The translations under genes and the position numbers were made by a program. A stretch of DNA of 61,505 nucleotides, filler included, from Nemertoderma westbladi (lineage: Eukaryota; Animalia; Xenacoelomorpha), in assembly GCA_032718475.1 (NCBI GenBank). It is 3 parts of 3 records of this genome, joined end to end, with 100 filler letters (N's around TTAATTAATTAA, not from the genome) between each part and the next. Parts side by side here need not be neighbours in the genome. Positions count along the whole stretch, not along the records: positions 47,236 to 61,505 come from JAUCBJ010003361.1; 2 more parts are not named here. One strand, given 5' to 3'. Shown piece by piece: positions 47,236 to 59,836 of the stretch (position 1 is the first letter of the stretch; the number at the start of each line of letters is the position of its first letter). Under the pieces are notes generated by a model. The model was not told where the DNA came from. It worked only from the letters and a program-made list of their open reading frames with translations, and made no database searches.

Positions 47236-50200
47236 CGATAAAACAACGATATTTTCTCACTCTAGCGACATCGTTTTCCTTACTTTTAACAATTACAATT
47301 TTTTCAAAATCCGTGATAAATTCTGCTGCTGCTGACTGTGTAGCTATAGTAGCGCTAACATCAATAATGACACTTATTGCATACTCTCTAACAAGAGCTA
47401 TCGCTTGCCGGTATGGCAATCTGAATGTAAAACATATCGCAGCTATAATAGTAAAACTTACCGTAGCAACTTTAATTTGGCAACCTGAAATATTATTTAA
47501 CAATCAGCACACTTTTACCAAGGTAACCAACAAACAAATAAATATTATGAAAACTACCGCCAACTACATGCAATTAACAAAATTTTCCATACAAACCTTA
47601 AGATACTGCCTCTACATTCACATGACTGCCAGATTTAACCTATTAATTATCGCATTGATAACACTTGACCTTTTACACCGCGCAGGAGATATACACCACA
47701 ATCCTGGACCAATTGAAAGCCAGAACACGAGCCACAACGCTACCACAGAAATACGAAATTATATAATAAAAAATAACAATGTCCTTAAATTCATGCACAT
47801 AAATAGCTCAAGCCTTATCAAGCATTTTTCTGAGTTAAAGGACATATTACACGGCATAGACAACAATATCATAATTGGAATTTCGGAATCGTGGCTAAAA
47901 TCAAATGTATCAACAAAATCTATAAGATTACCAGGCTTCACACCATATAGGGACGACAGAAAAAGACAAAAGGGGGGTGGAACTGTACTTTATATTCCTA
48001 ATAATATGCAGCAAAGTATACGGCATGACATTAAATCAAAACTTAATAAAAACTATTACGAATCTATATGGGTTGAAATAAATAAGGAAACAATAGTGGG
48101 TGTTGCATATAATCGTTCAAGGAAAACTGCACAAAACTTTCTTACACACTTTACAGATGAAATCGAAAATGCAATTCATAACGCTAACCGCAAAATAGTC
48201 ATAATGGGCGACTTCAACATTGACCTTAACCAAAACTGTACTGATCACGATCCTAACACAAATAAGCTGGAGGAAATAACAAAACTATATAACCTCGAAA
48301 TACTAGACAGGACAAAACCAACACGTTACAGTAAAACAACTAACACCGTAATTGATATTTTCATTACAACACCAAATTACCTTCACGATCATCAGGCACT
48401 GCCATGCGACTTCTCAGACCATGAATATATAATTGCAAAAACAGACAAAATCGTAAGCCCCGTAAAGAAACAGAATCAGTACCATTACATCCGTGATTAC
48501 AGTACATTTAATGATAACAACTTCACTCAGGATATTAACAAAATTAGCTGGGACTACATATACTCACAAACTGACATCAATTCAAAATATCAATACTTTG
48601 AAACGCAGATTGAAACAGTTATTAACAAACACGCTCCACTGCAATATAAACGTATATCAAATAATAGGAGCAAAAACAAAATAACAAATAAACCACCTTG
48701 GTGGAATGACTATTTGCAACATTTACATGACATAAAGAACACAACATTACAATTGTGGCGCCCGAACAAAAATATAGAAGCACACAAAGAATCTAAAATA
48801 GCAAGAAATAAATTTAACACCTACAACCGGCAAATGAAAAATAAATATATTAAAAATAAATTTAACAATAGCTGTACAAGTAGAGACAAATGGAAAGTTA
48901 TAAACAGAATACTTAACAAGGACAAGAAAACATGTACAATAACAGCGCTTAATGACATTAGCAATACTACAACAAATTCAAAACGCATGGCGACTATTTT
49001 TAACACAACCTATATTGCAATGGGGACCTTCACAGGAATCCCTAACTTAGCAAATAACATTAATATATTAACAAACCCCATTGTAATGCGGGACCAACGA
49101 AATTTACCATGCTTTAGTTTCTCGAATATTCATGAATTCTTGATAGATGATATCATAGATGGACTTAACATTAACAAATCAGCTGGCCCCTCACCAATCA
49201 CACCGAAACTGCTGAAGCTAATAAAACCTAAAATAATTGCCCCACTAACTTACCTCATAAATGATTGTATAACCAGATCTACATTTCCAACTAAATTGAA
49301 AATAGCAGAGGTAACTCCAGTTTTCAAAAAAGGGGACCGACTACAGCCAGAAAACTATAGACCCATATCAATAACATCGGCACTTGAGAAAATATTCGAA
49401 AAGGTTTTATACATTCAAATAACACACTATCTGGACAAACACAAGCTAATAAACAAAACTCAATTTGGATTTAGGAAATTTTACTCCACTAGGGATGCTA
49501 TACTATATGCGACAGAATCTTGGCGCAATTACTTAAATACTGGTGAATATGTAGCTATTGGAGCCCTAGACCTTAGCAAAGCATTCAATTCATTGAACCA
49601 CACAATATTATTACAAAAATTAGGCGAGTTTGGATTCCACAACACTGCTATCTCTATGCTGCGCACTTTTTTAGTAAACAGATATCAAAGAGTGAAACTC
49701 AACGGAACCACTTCTGAGTGGAAACTAATCAATCACGGAATTCCACAGGGAACACTCCTTGGCCCGATTATATTTTTAATGTATGTAAATTCCATAGCTA
49801 GCAAAAGTAAACTCCAACTAATCCAATATGCAGACGACACCTTAGTATACTGTCATGATAAAAATCCAAACAGAGCTGCAATATCATTGAGTAAACACAT
49901 AAATGAACTAAAGGACATTTTTAGCCCTTTGCACCTCCAACTAAATAACGATAAGACTGAATTCATGTTAATATCCCCAAATTCTAGAACAGACGAGATA
50001 AATAGCATACAACTGGATCTCAGTGAGGATACAAATAAACAGACTAACATTCCACAATCTACACACATCAATTACCTTGGTCTAACCATTGACAACAAAC
50101 TTGAATGGCGCGAACAAATTAAGATCACCTCAAATAAAATGATCCAGGCCGTCTCTGGACTTCGGCAGATAAAGGGTCAGCTACCAGTAGGCACAAAACT

Positions 50201-51069
50201 AAATATTTATAAGGCTACAGTATTACCATACCACAATTACTGCTGTGAAGTACTAGTATCATTGCATAATGTCCACGGCTTTAAAACTATCTTATATAGC
50301 TTAGAGAAAATACAAAACTATGGACTTCGCATTGTCCATAGCAAAAAGATTTCTGATATTTCTGGCACCGAATTACGTCGTCTATCAAAACTACCAACAC
50401 TAACAGCCCTTAGGGAATATTTTGCTTTACGATTTTTTCATCAATATATATTCAAAATTACCAAACCATTCCAAAACTTAGAACTACCATTTATTAGCAA
50501 CAGTCAGAAACAACTATTAAACCCGAGAACGAATAAAGTAAAAATTCCAATAACGAAAAACACAATATCATACAACAGCGCTATGTTAAGTTTTGCACGC
50601 CTATGGAACTGCACAAATAAAACACTAACACTCATAAGGCAATACAAGGAATTCATGCGCGCGTTAAAAAAACACTACTTTCATACAAAATACGACAGAA
50701 ATGCAATTACATAACTTCAACTAAAAGACAACAACCAGTTACAATTATTCAACCGTTTTTTAACGAACAGTATTATTAACTGCCACTAGCCCTACATTGC
50801 AACCTGCTATACTTATTGGTGATTATTATTTTTTGTGCTGTTATATTAGTGTCAATTACGATTGTGTGTGTATGAGTATGTATAAATATATTAGAGTGAG
50901 ATGTGTTTAATACTAGTAGTATGTATTGTAGTATAGATTTAGATTTAGAACAAATAACGTGCGGCTGCTGACGCTTATTCATCACCAATCATCAGCCATG
51001 TCTGGGCCATCCAGACGGGCTGCCTCCATATGTTTTTTAAACATCGGAGTTTTGATGAATAAAAGATTT

Positions 51070-51105
<36 letters not shown>
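47236..51105 (+). mobile_element. CR1/L2-group LINE with intact ORF2, 3' UTR and (TAAC)n tail; 5' end lost in the gap
   Basis: Uninterrupted APE+RT ORF; AATAAA at 51058 and (TAAC)n at 51070-51105. Confidence 0.93.
47313..50714 (+). CDS. LINE ORF2: APE endonuclease and reverse transcriptase with an N-terminal 2A-like motif (frame open upstream to the gap)
   Basis: APE motifs HINSSSL, GISESWL, GGGTVLY, IMGDFN, IDIF and SDH. RT motifs NYRPISI, QFGFRK, LDLSKAFN, GIPQGTLLGP, YADDT and YLGL. GDIHHNPGP at 47685-47711. Confidence 0.96.
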   Translation: MINSAAADCVAIVALTSIMTLIAYSLTRAIACRYGNLNVKHIAAIIVKLTVATLIWQPEILFNNQHTFTKVTNKQINIMKTTANYMQLTKFSIQTLRYCLYIHMTARFNLLIIALITLDLLHRAGDIHHNPGPIESQNTSHNATTEIRNYIIKNNNVLKFMHINSSSLIKHFSELKDILHGIDNNIIIGISESWLKSNVSTKSIRLPGFTPYRDDRKRQKGGGTVLYIPNNMQQSIRHDIKSKLNKNYYESIWVEINKETIVGVAYNRSRKTAQNFLTHFTDEIENAIHNANRKIVIMGDFNIDLNQNCTDHDPNTNKLEEITKLYNLEILDRTKPTRYSKTTNTVIDIFITTPNYLHDHQALPCDFSDHEYIIAKTDKIVSPVKKQNQYHYIRDYSTFNDNNFTQDINKISWDYIYSQTDINSKYQYFETQIETVINKHAPLQYKRISNNRSKNKITNKPPWWNDYLQHLHDIKNTTLQLWRPNKNIEAHKESKIARNKFNTYNRQMKNKYIKNKFNNSCTSRDKWKVINRILNKDKKTCTITALNDISNTTTNSKRMATIFNTTYIAMGTFTGIPNLANNINILTNPIVMRDQRNLPCFSFSNIHEFLIDDIIDGLNINKSAGPSPITPKLLKLIKPKIIAPLTYLINDCITRSTFPTKLKIAEVTPVFKKGDRLQPENYRPISITSALEKIFEKVLYIQITHYLDKHKLINKTQFGFRKFYSTRDAILYATESWRNYLNTGEYVAIGALDLSKAFNSLNHTILLQKLGEFGFHNTAISMLRTFLVNRYQRVKLNGTTSEWKLINHGIPQGTLLGPIIFLMYVNSIASKSKLQLIQYADDTLVYCHDKNPNRAAISLSKHINELKDIFSPLHLQLNNDKTEFMLISPNSRTDEINSIQLDLSEDTNKQTNIPQSTHINYLGLTIDNKLEWREQIKITSNKMIQAVSGLRQIKGQLPVGTKLNIYKATVLPYHNYCCEVLVSLHNVHGFKTILYSLEKIQNYGLRIVHSKKISDISGTELRRLSKLPTLTALREYFALRFFHQYIFKITKPFQNLELPFISNSQKQLLNPRTNKVKIPITKNTISYNSAMLSFARLWNCTNKTLTLIRQYKEFMRALKKHYFHTKYDRNAIT

Positions 51106-51106
51106 C

Positions 51107-53900
51107 AACCCAAGAGGAGACAACTTACGAGATTCCTATAGTTGAACACCCGGAGATCATTTCGAACCTGGATTTCCTCCCATCGGTTACCTTTGGTGAT
51201 GTGTTAGAGACTCTGCCGCCTCGGCAGAGTTGCGTAGAACAATAGTTCAGAAAATCATTCGCAACGTACCTCCATATATTACGGACTTTAAGGAAGTGGA
51301 TCAGGCGGGGACAGATATCGCACCTTGTATCTTGCAAGGATATTTAGAGAAAGTGATTCGATTATGGATCGGAGTCGGCACGTTTGAAACCAACACCGAT
51401 ATTGCGACCAATTGGACCGGAAAACCTATTAGTTTCGACAATGAAAAGTCCATAGGGAGAATTTGGAACCCTACCGACGATTTACTCGATGATTGGGAAG
51501 CAACAAGCCGATCTCTGCAGGAGAATGGTTATATGTTTTATGATAATGAAGGAGGAAGCCATCAGCAGAGCCTTACTTCAAAGACCATACAAATTCGAGC
51601 ACCCATGGAGTGTTACATGTCTTCAGCCGACAGAGGAGCGATAGAAATATGCCTATGCCGGAAGGAACGACGCAAAGACACGCGATGATAAAACGGATAG
51701 TTAAATCCATGGACCTGGCTTGTAGCATAGAAGCTAGGATGTTGCCAAAGGCCGTGCGAGATGTTGTACTTGATAAAAGTATCGTCAAGATCAGATCCGG
51801 TGTACGGGATGACCTCATTAGCGATTTCGCAGGAATGCCCAAGGAGGAGGATCGATTGCCTATGCCATACGTCGATACTAGAGCATTGTTGCTTTGGGCT
51901 ATTGAGCAAGGATATTTTAAGTAGTATAACACGCTAAAAACTGGAATGAGTTATATCTCATACCTAATGTTCAGTTGGGATTATAAAGAGAGTAAGAGGA
52001 GCAAAAATACACGGACGTATACTGTGAGGTAGAAACCCCCGGCGTAAACGAGTTCGAGTCACAGTTGAAGTGGCGAGGTTGCGTGTACTGGGCGATTACC
52101 TCACCCCCAAGAATAATCTTGCATACTATTTGGTGATAGAATCTTTGGTGAACGATGTAACGAATGATGTAGTGTCTAGGACTCTAAAGCAACATCCGTT
52201 ATGTCTCGGTGAAGGACATACCATCTACGATGGAGGAAGGAGGTATACTGATGTATTCCGCCAATTTATCCAACCCTTTTATAACACTGATGCGCACTGC
52301 GAAGTTTTCACGCGAGCGGGACTTAGTGTTTTTAGGGACGTTTATCTCACCCACGCGGGAAGCCTAGTCGACAGACCGTCGATGTTGACGTTAGTACCCT
52401 ATGACGGGGAATGCCACGCGGAATTGAAAGGCCCGGAAGGATCCTGGAAGGCTCGCGAGCCTACCACCCATCATGACGATGTGGATCCGACTGAGTCCGC
52501 GATAATAGACGAACCGTTGCGGCAACTCATAGAAATAGAAGAGAACCTTCCGAGGAAGACTCGAACTGAGATACGCGAGTTAGAGAAAAGCGATGCCATG
52601 GTTTTTGTACAACCTACGGAGACGAACATACCGACTGACCTGGATAATGAGAATTATCACGTGGACGGTAGCACTCACCCCATCGGAGACCTCACCTATG
52701 AGCGAGTTGGGTATCCTGCCAACACCATTTGTGGCAGATGCGGGGCAACTGGCCACCACGCAAAGAAATGCGGAGCGAAACACATATCTCTACCAGACTT
52801 AGTGTGCAACTGGTGTGGGGATCAATGTTCACACACTTTCTACACTTGTTGGCGTTTCATGGAGCAGTGCACGTATTGCAATATTAAAGGTCATAGGGCA
52901 TCAGAGTGCAAACCTAGGGACGTTCCCTATGAGCATATGTCAGTTAAAATCGTTAGACAGCTATTCGGCCATTCGGAGAATCTAGCAGACGAGCATGTGT
53001 CGACACAGCGACGCCGTTTCCCCATGAGAGCGCATTTGGGATTTTGGGCCATAAACCCTATCATCATGTCGAAAGAAGGATATGTGTCAGCTATGCCTCA
53101 ATACGATGAACTTTTGGAGGTGCTAGATATATTGCCGTTGGATAGCGGATTTAAAGTTGTTAGGGACTACTTTCTACAGGTACACCCTGACAATAAGAAC
53201 ACATGGAACTTTCAGACTGTAGTGAATAAGATTACCACCAGAGAATTCGACAAATTGCGAGTCGAACAGCGGAATCGAGGAGCCTGACATTCGATAGCTT
53301 GGGCATACTGGAGCGCATTTTATCACAAACGCATAACCTCTTGTATCTTAGATGAGGCGGATGTTTTGCGTGAGACTGGCTTCAGGGCCTTCTTAGCTGA
53401 AAGGACATGTCACCCACAGGAAGATCCACAACTTCGTATACTTAGAGCCCAGAAGGCCGGACAGGAAGTAAAAAAGGTAGTAAATGTCGCCGAGAGGACG
53501 ACATCGAAGTCGCAAATCCGGATGACTTGGGGCACGGTTTCCCTTCCTAAAGAACCACGCGGAGGGACAGGATATGCTTTACTAGAACCTATGAGGATTC
53601 AGACGACGTCGGAGAGCGAGGTGTCAGCGGACGGAACGGTCCACCCCTTAGACTCCCTCCTAGCATTGTAGAGACTCGGTCCGATACTACAAAGTGAATG
53701 ATTGGAATCGGATGAGGATTTAGAGGACTGAGTGCACGACAGATGTGTGAGACTCCCGTCGTCCCCTTCCCTAGTGTTTTAGAACCACCGACAGCTCGAC
53801 GCCGAAGTCTGAGTCCAGTTAGATCCCGACCACCACCCAATCGTCTTAGAGGGCGTGGACGAACCCGTTCGACAAAGGATGAGGAGAGCGAGATGAAGGA
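51107..53900 (+). pseudogene. Decayed long gene encoding three CCHC zinc knuckles, probably of mobile-element origin
   Basis: GC-richer block with overlapping ORFs 51230-51688, 51610-51924 and 52028-53287. ORF 53366-53671 is in frame with the last across a single TGA. Knuckles: CGRCGATGHHAKKC, CNWCGDQCSHTFYTC, CTYCNIKGHRASEC. Confidence 0.6.
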
Positions 53901-54122
53901 AGGAAGGCTTGCGAGCCTACCGATTGGATATTATATTTGGATATTTATATTGGATATTATATTTGGATATTTATATTGGATATTATATTTGGATATTTAT
54001 ATTGGATATTATATTTGGAAATTATATTTGGATATTTATATTTGGATATTTATATTGGATATTATATTTGGATGTTGGGTTTGGAGGAGTGAGGTAGAGA
54101 AGGAAGGCTTGCGAGCCTACCG
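53899..54122. repeat. (TGGATATTATATT)-type simple repeat between 24-bp direct repeats
   Basis: GAAGGAAGGCTTGCGAGCCTACCG at 53899-53922 and 54099-54122. Confidence 0.85.
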
Positions 54123-54621
54123 TTAGCAATCAGTGCTCAGGAGAAGATATCCAAGCCAGCAGGACGAACTTTTAAGATCGTCAGGAGGACACTTTAAGAC
54201 TTATTTGAAAATTATTAGCGCATTATGTTTGTCTATATTGGACTGATTTAATTTGGAAATTTTTTTATGTATATTTGCAATATATAAAAGATTATTGAAA
54301 GTTTTGGAATTATTTGTTTTGAATTGTTCTAATTTGTTTAATTTGTTCATTTGATAACCGAAAGCTCTGTTTTGTATTTTATGCACTAAAGTTAATTGGC
54401 AAATTTGTATTTTGTATGGATGATAGATTGTATTTACGCTGTACCTACAATAATAAGTACGCAATAATTAGATAGTGATTATTTTATATTTTAGGACCCA
54501 CCATTAGCCCGAAGAGATATTTTGTAAATAGTTTGTATTTCGATTGGTGAAAACAGTCTTACTTACTGTTTTCATGGAGCGGTGATGGATTATTTCACTA
54601 TAAGGTAGCATTTGTAGCTTA

Positions 54622-56150
54622 ACGTAAAAACTTCTAAAATCTAAAAAAGTCTAAAATCCGACGCATTTTGATTAAATTACAGTAATGTAATATGCCTATT
54701 AATATTGGTACATATAAACCCATAGGTAACTCTATTGGCGCTGTGGTCAGATGGTTAAGGTGTTGGTTACATTACAAGTAGGTTACGAGTTCGAATCCCA
54801 GTCGGGAAATTTGCATTTTGGGCTATTTATTTTCGCTTTGATTTAATTAGATAAGCCAATGAGGTGCGTACAACATGTGGAACGATGAGTTGGGCCAATC
54901 CTAGGGCATAGAACATCTTATTGCTCCAATGTGAGGCCATGGAATGCTCTAGAAGGTTCTAGCGGATTCTATGTCCCAGATTTGCTATATACGGGCTGGT
55001 TTGCCTTCGGTTATCTCTATCTACTACCTAGTTAACACTCTCATTAGTATCATTAGGATAATATTTTAGTTATCACCCTTCTGAGAATTATGGGCTCTAA
55101 CTGCTGAGGACACCAAATCTCTGGATGGCACATTCACAAGAATGCTACGCCGGGTACATTGTGTCAAGTACAATACACACATCTCCAACCAGACACTATA
55201 TAACATTGGAGGTGTCTCATTGGTTCCCCCAAGCTTGACACTAGAACAAAATCGCCTCCGCTTTGCAGGACATTGCTTTCGCCGTGAGGACCAGCCAGTG
55301 CATAATCTTGTACTTTGGCAGCCTCATGGAGTGAATAAGCATGGTGGACAGCCCATGACTTTCTTGAGACGCATCTTAAAGGACACTGGCCTTAAAGATG
55401 CGGATGATCTAGCAAATGTCATGGGTGATAGGGAGTTGTGGCGGTGCAATTTTGTTGACAAGCCGGCACAGCATTATTAAAAATGCAGCTGCAATGCAGC
55501 ATGCCGATCCTAGTAGTAGTAGTAGAGAATTATGTAAATTTGGTAAATAAATCTTTTGTAAATTGCGTAAATATACTGTAAACTTTGAACATGTATATTT
55601 ATCTTTGCCCACCACTGGGACAGCCAAGCATTTGGAAGCAGCCTAGACCGTTAGGCCGTCAGCAATGCAGGGAAGATGTCCACAACACGCTAGCGCCCAC
55701 ATTAGATTAGCCCGAGCACCCCCATCGCCCCTTCGAAATGCCCCACCTTTGCCATGCAGCGCCCGATTCAGAGGAAGGTAAGACTTTGTTTGACGCCCTT
55801 GCCCGCCGTAAAACCTATAGATCAGGGTAAGCGTGACGCCGTCCTGGGACACCGTAAAATTTAGGATCAAATAGCTAGGCTACAGACAGGAACCTGTACT
55901 ACAAGTCCCTGTATTAACCTGTATTCCCTACAGGTGTGAACCATTGCTGTTCGTCAGTACGCAAGTACACATTAGGTACAGACAGCATACGTTACATAAT
56001 TTAGTGACTTGCGATACTGACAGTTCGGTACCGGTTTCATTTCGTAGTTTATACATTTAGTACCCCCCCCCCCCCCCCCCCCCCCCTGCCTGAACCCAAG
56101 TTATTTGATCAGGCAAGGAGTATTTCTGCTACCGGCACTCGCTTGGCCTA
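54622..56150 (+). mobile_element. Unclassified interspersed element, copy 2 (interrupted by an RTE insertion)
   Basis: Colinear with the reverse complement of 34957-36023, from ACGTAAAAA to TTGGCCTAG. Confidence 0.8.
55090..55525 (+). mobile_element. 5'-truncated RTE fragment nested in the unclassified element
   Basis: Near-identical to 19926-20360; (TAG)n tail. Confidence 0.93.
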
Positions 56151-57161
56151 GGGAGGTTTATTAATATCCTACCGCGCCTTGCGCCTTACCACGTACTGAT
56201 AGGTATTGCTGCTAACCACCGCGGCAACAAAATTCTAGAATCAAATTGTATACCAGATCAGCTAACGTACGGTAGCAATTAACCCCTATTTCATATCTTA
56301 CAACCAGAATCTGGTATTTGTGCCGATCACGGGTGTAGTTACTAACACCATAATTGCGCTGTTGAGTTGTGGATAGGAAGGAGAGAGCTTTGATGTCATT
56401 TGTAAGTATAAAGTTCTACAGAGCGCGACTAGCTTATTTTCGTAGCTAGCGCACGGTATTGTTTCAGAAAATCACTAAAACCTAGTACAATGGAGTACAC
56501 CAAAATTGTTTTATTTGTAACACACCCACACACACACGCCCTAAAACATATGTACCTTAGAGCTCTACTAGTTGTAGCTTACTTTAGGTTACTTTCAGGC
56601 AGAATCTATTTTGTAATTTACTATTCGTAGTTTGTAAATTTAGGATCTGATATTTAGTTATAGCAAAAAAGGAGTATTTACTTATTAGACTGTTGTTTCT
56701 TTAGCCGACAGTATTGTTACATTAGGTACGACCCCCTTTAGACTGATTTAGTATAGGTCAGTATTGTTACGCTAGTCTGTTAATCCACTAGCTCGTATAT
56801 AAACCATATAAATCACACCGCGGCAAGTTACGGTATTTAGGTCCGTTAGCAATAGTTAGGATTCGCTGCGCGGGGATTGTTTTCCCGTGAGTTTGGTCTG
56901 TAACCATAAACTGTACATCTGCCTCACCGGTTAGAGGACAGGCATCCTTTTGTCTAGTTCGTCGGGCATTTGACTCGCTCACGTACTTAGAATAGACACC
57001 AGGCTCTGCTCCTCGCCAGTAGTTGTTCGCGTATTTGTATCTGTTTATTTAGACACCCTGGACTGTGATTTGTTGTCAGATTCCCGAACACACTACTAGA
57101 TCTTACGGTAAGATACATCGTTACTAGGATCCGGTAAGCGGTATACTACCGGACTTTTCAG

Positions 57162-57447
57162 TAAAAAAAAGTAAAGTAAAGTAAATTTTCTTCGGCCGCT
57201 AGGCCAGGGATTACGCACAAAGTCTTACAACTTATTTCCAGTGCAGTCCCCCCAGAACTTTACTCCCCAGAGGAAACTCCAGTACTCATTTAGCTACCAC
57301 TTAAGGATGCAAGGCAGAGATGCGCCCTGGCTGGTCCCTTTAAAGCATTCGTGCCGAAACGAAAACTGCCCTGGCCCATGTGAGGATCGAACCCACGACC
57401 TACAGGAGATGTGAATTCAATGCAACCACTACACCAAGGTGGAACCG
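57162..57447 (-). mobile_element. tRNA-derived SINE, full length
   Basis: Minus strand has A box TGGTGTAGTGG, B box GGTTCGATCC and a (TTTAC)n tail. A second, partial copy is at about 6255-6410. Confidence 0.85.
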
Positions 57448-58802
57448 TAGGGAATATTCTATAGCTTCATATTAGTAGATTTGTAGGCCGTAGGATATCT
57501 CTTACCGAGAAGGATCTCAAAGTGCCAGATTATTGCCTGCCAGTAGTTGTACCTGTGGTGACAATTGTGGCAGGCATAAATGTCAAATACTGATTTTATA
57601 TACAACTGTAACAATTCTTGTAGCAATAACTAACCGTAGGCCTAATATTTTTGACAATAGACGTCAAGGTTTCTAGAGGTCAAATGTGGAATGCAAACTT
57701 ACTAATAAATACAAACCACAAGCACCAATTGTAAACATTAATGCATCTCATGACACAACATTAGATCACCCAGTATTATAAAAATCTTCTCTATTACCAC
57801 CAACTGTACGTACTGTTTAAAGGATAAAATAAATGACATATTTTTTGAACGCCAGCTATAGAAATTGTAATTTTTTTTAATTAAAATCTGGATAGGCCAG
57901 GACAATATAATATTACATATACAAAATTAAAAGTCAGACTGGCTCTCCTCCACTTCCTTACCCAATGGAAATGTTGTTTTTATAATCTAATAGTGGGGTG
58001 GCTTTCTCAGTCTCAGTCTGTAGCTGCGAAGTGCGAAGAAATCGACCTTTGGGCCTACTTGGCCCTCAGGTAACAGCAGTAACAGCAGCTGGTTTTTCTA
58101 TCGTTAAATTGATGGCAATTTTTGTGTTTCCATTTTGTTCACTCAGGGTACTGCAGTACTGGTTTGAGGGGCAGGTTCGTTTAAAGCCAGCTTGCTGGCT
58201 TTCTAGTTATTATTGTAATAATTGTGTTGATTGGATATTAGGCCGGTTCCTCTCTGGCCCACCCACCCTTTATACAGACTAGCCAGAAGGATTCACTACA
58301 CACCAAACTCTGGCCTGGTAGATAATATAGGGTAAATTATCTGTGGTTTGGGCCCAGAGATTTTGGCCCTCATCCAATCAAATATTTGTGTTAGTGTTAA
58401 TAATTTCTGCAGAGCTTGGGGGGGGGGGGGTGGGGTGGGTGGTGGAATAACGTCTTAAACAGACAGATAAATTGCAATTTGTTATAGTCAAAATTTGATC
58501 AAAACATAACCGCGTCAAATAATAAAGCTAAGAAAATTTAGTAGCTTTATAATAAATCGTATAATAATAGAAATATATAATTATATAATTAAAAATAGTA
58601 TAATTTATTGACGTTGTGATCAATACATAGTTAGTAATGTTTAGTTTACCTGTCAGAAATTTAGTGTGGGCCCGGCCCAACTGGCCCATACTGATGGACC
58701 GCCACTGAATTAACAACATAGCAGAGAGAGTAACCTCTTGTAGATTTTCCCATAGGATGCATTGGGAAGAGTTATTCAGCTGAGACTGTAATAGCCAGCT
58801 AA

Positions 58803-59090
58803 AGGCCCAGTCACATCCAATGGAACGGTACACCGCGCAGTGTTCCACAGGGCCAGCGGTACACCGCTGACTGTGAACCACCCAACATGTAGTTGTGCGC
58901 TAAACCGCGCGGTTTACCACAGCCAATTTAAACAATGTTAAAACAATTAATGTAATACAGTCGACAATTAGTTACCGCAATAATGGTACCGTTGGGTGTG
59001 AACGGGCTCCGGGTAGTGTACCGCTGGCTTACCACTTCAATACCGCTAGAATACTTTACCACACACGCATCATTGGATGTGAACGGGGCT
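58803..59090. mobile_element. PIF/Harbinger-type MITE
   Basis: TIRs AGGCCCAGTCACATCCAATG / CATTGGATGTGAACGGGGCT with a TAA TSD (58800-58802 and 59091-59093). Confidence 0.8.
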
Positions 59091-59836
59091 TAAACCATTA
59101 ATGTTTGTTTACTGTCTGGGTTGTAGAGTAGAGTGATAATACTTGGCACAGAAAGTACTTTTTGTTAGTTGGTCCTTCCTAGTGAATGCATTACCAGGCC
59201 ATCTCTATACATTTTTCATGAGTGCCAGCTGGTGTTTTTATCATTGTGCCTATGGCAATTTTCGTGTTTTGTCGTATTTTTCGAAATAAAACAAGTTGAG
59301 ATGTTTCAATTTAAAACGCGATTTTACAAGTACCCATAGAAATATATTTTCATGGTTCGGTTCATGCAAAATTTCATAAAAATCGTTAGCGCCGTTTTTG
59401 CTCTAGGTCAGTAGAAAGTAGTCAGTAGTTAGTAGCCAGTAGCTTTTTTTTCTTACAGTCTGGCAGACAACGACTGGTATATATTTTTTAACCAATGTAA
59501 TAATACGAATCAATGTGTAACCGTTTTTACGTGTATATATATGAACAATCAATTTCAGCGTCATATTCCTAAGTTTAAACCATGTGTAAATAAAAACAGA
59601 CCCCCATTTCACATTCGAAAATTACAATGTTAAAAATAATAGAAAATAATAGAAACTAATATAGAAAATAATAGGGCTGTAAATAATAATGTCGCACATA
59701 TTTTGAGTGCGAGAAGGCTATTCGTGATTTTCATATCAATCAGGAATTAAGAATACTGAAAAGTAAAAATAAAGAGACTTTTTATAAGTACACTAAAAAA
59801 CAGGATAACCACTTGCTCTACAGTAGCAAGTCTTAA

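Noticed and set aside
54735-54806. tRNA gene (also about 35860-35930, 18960-19040 and 57375-57447)
   Set aside because: A and B boxes are present, but there is no convincing cloverleaf with acceptor and anticodon stems, and they are embedded in interspersed repeats or degenerate sequence.
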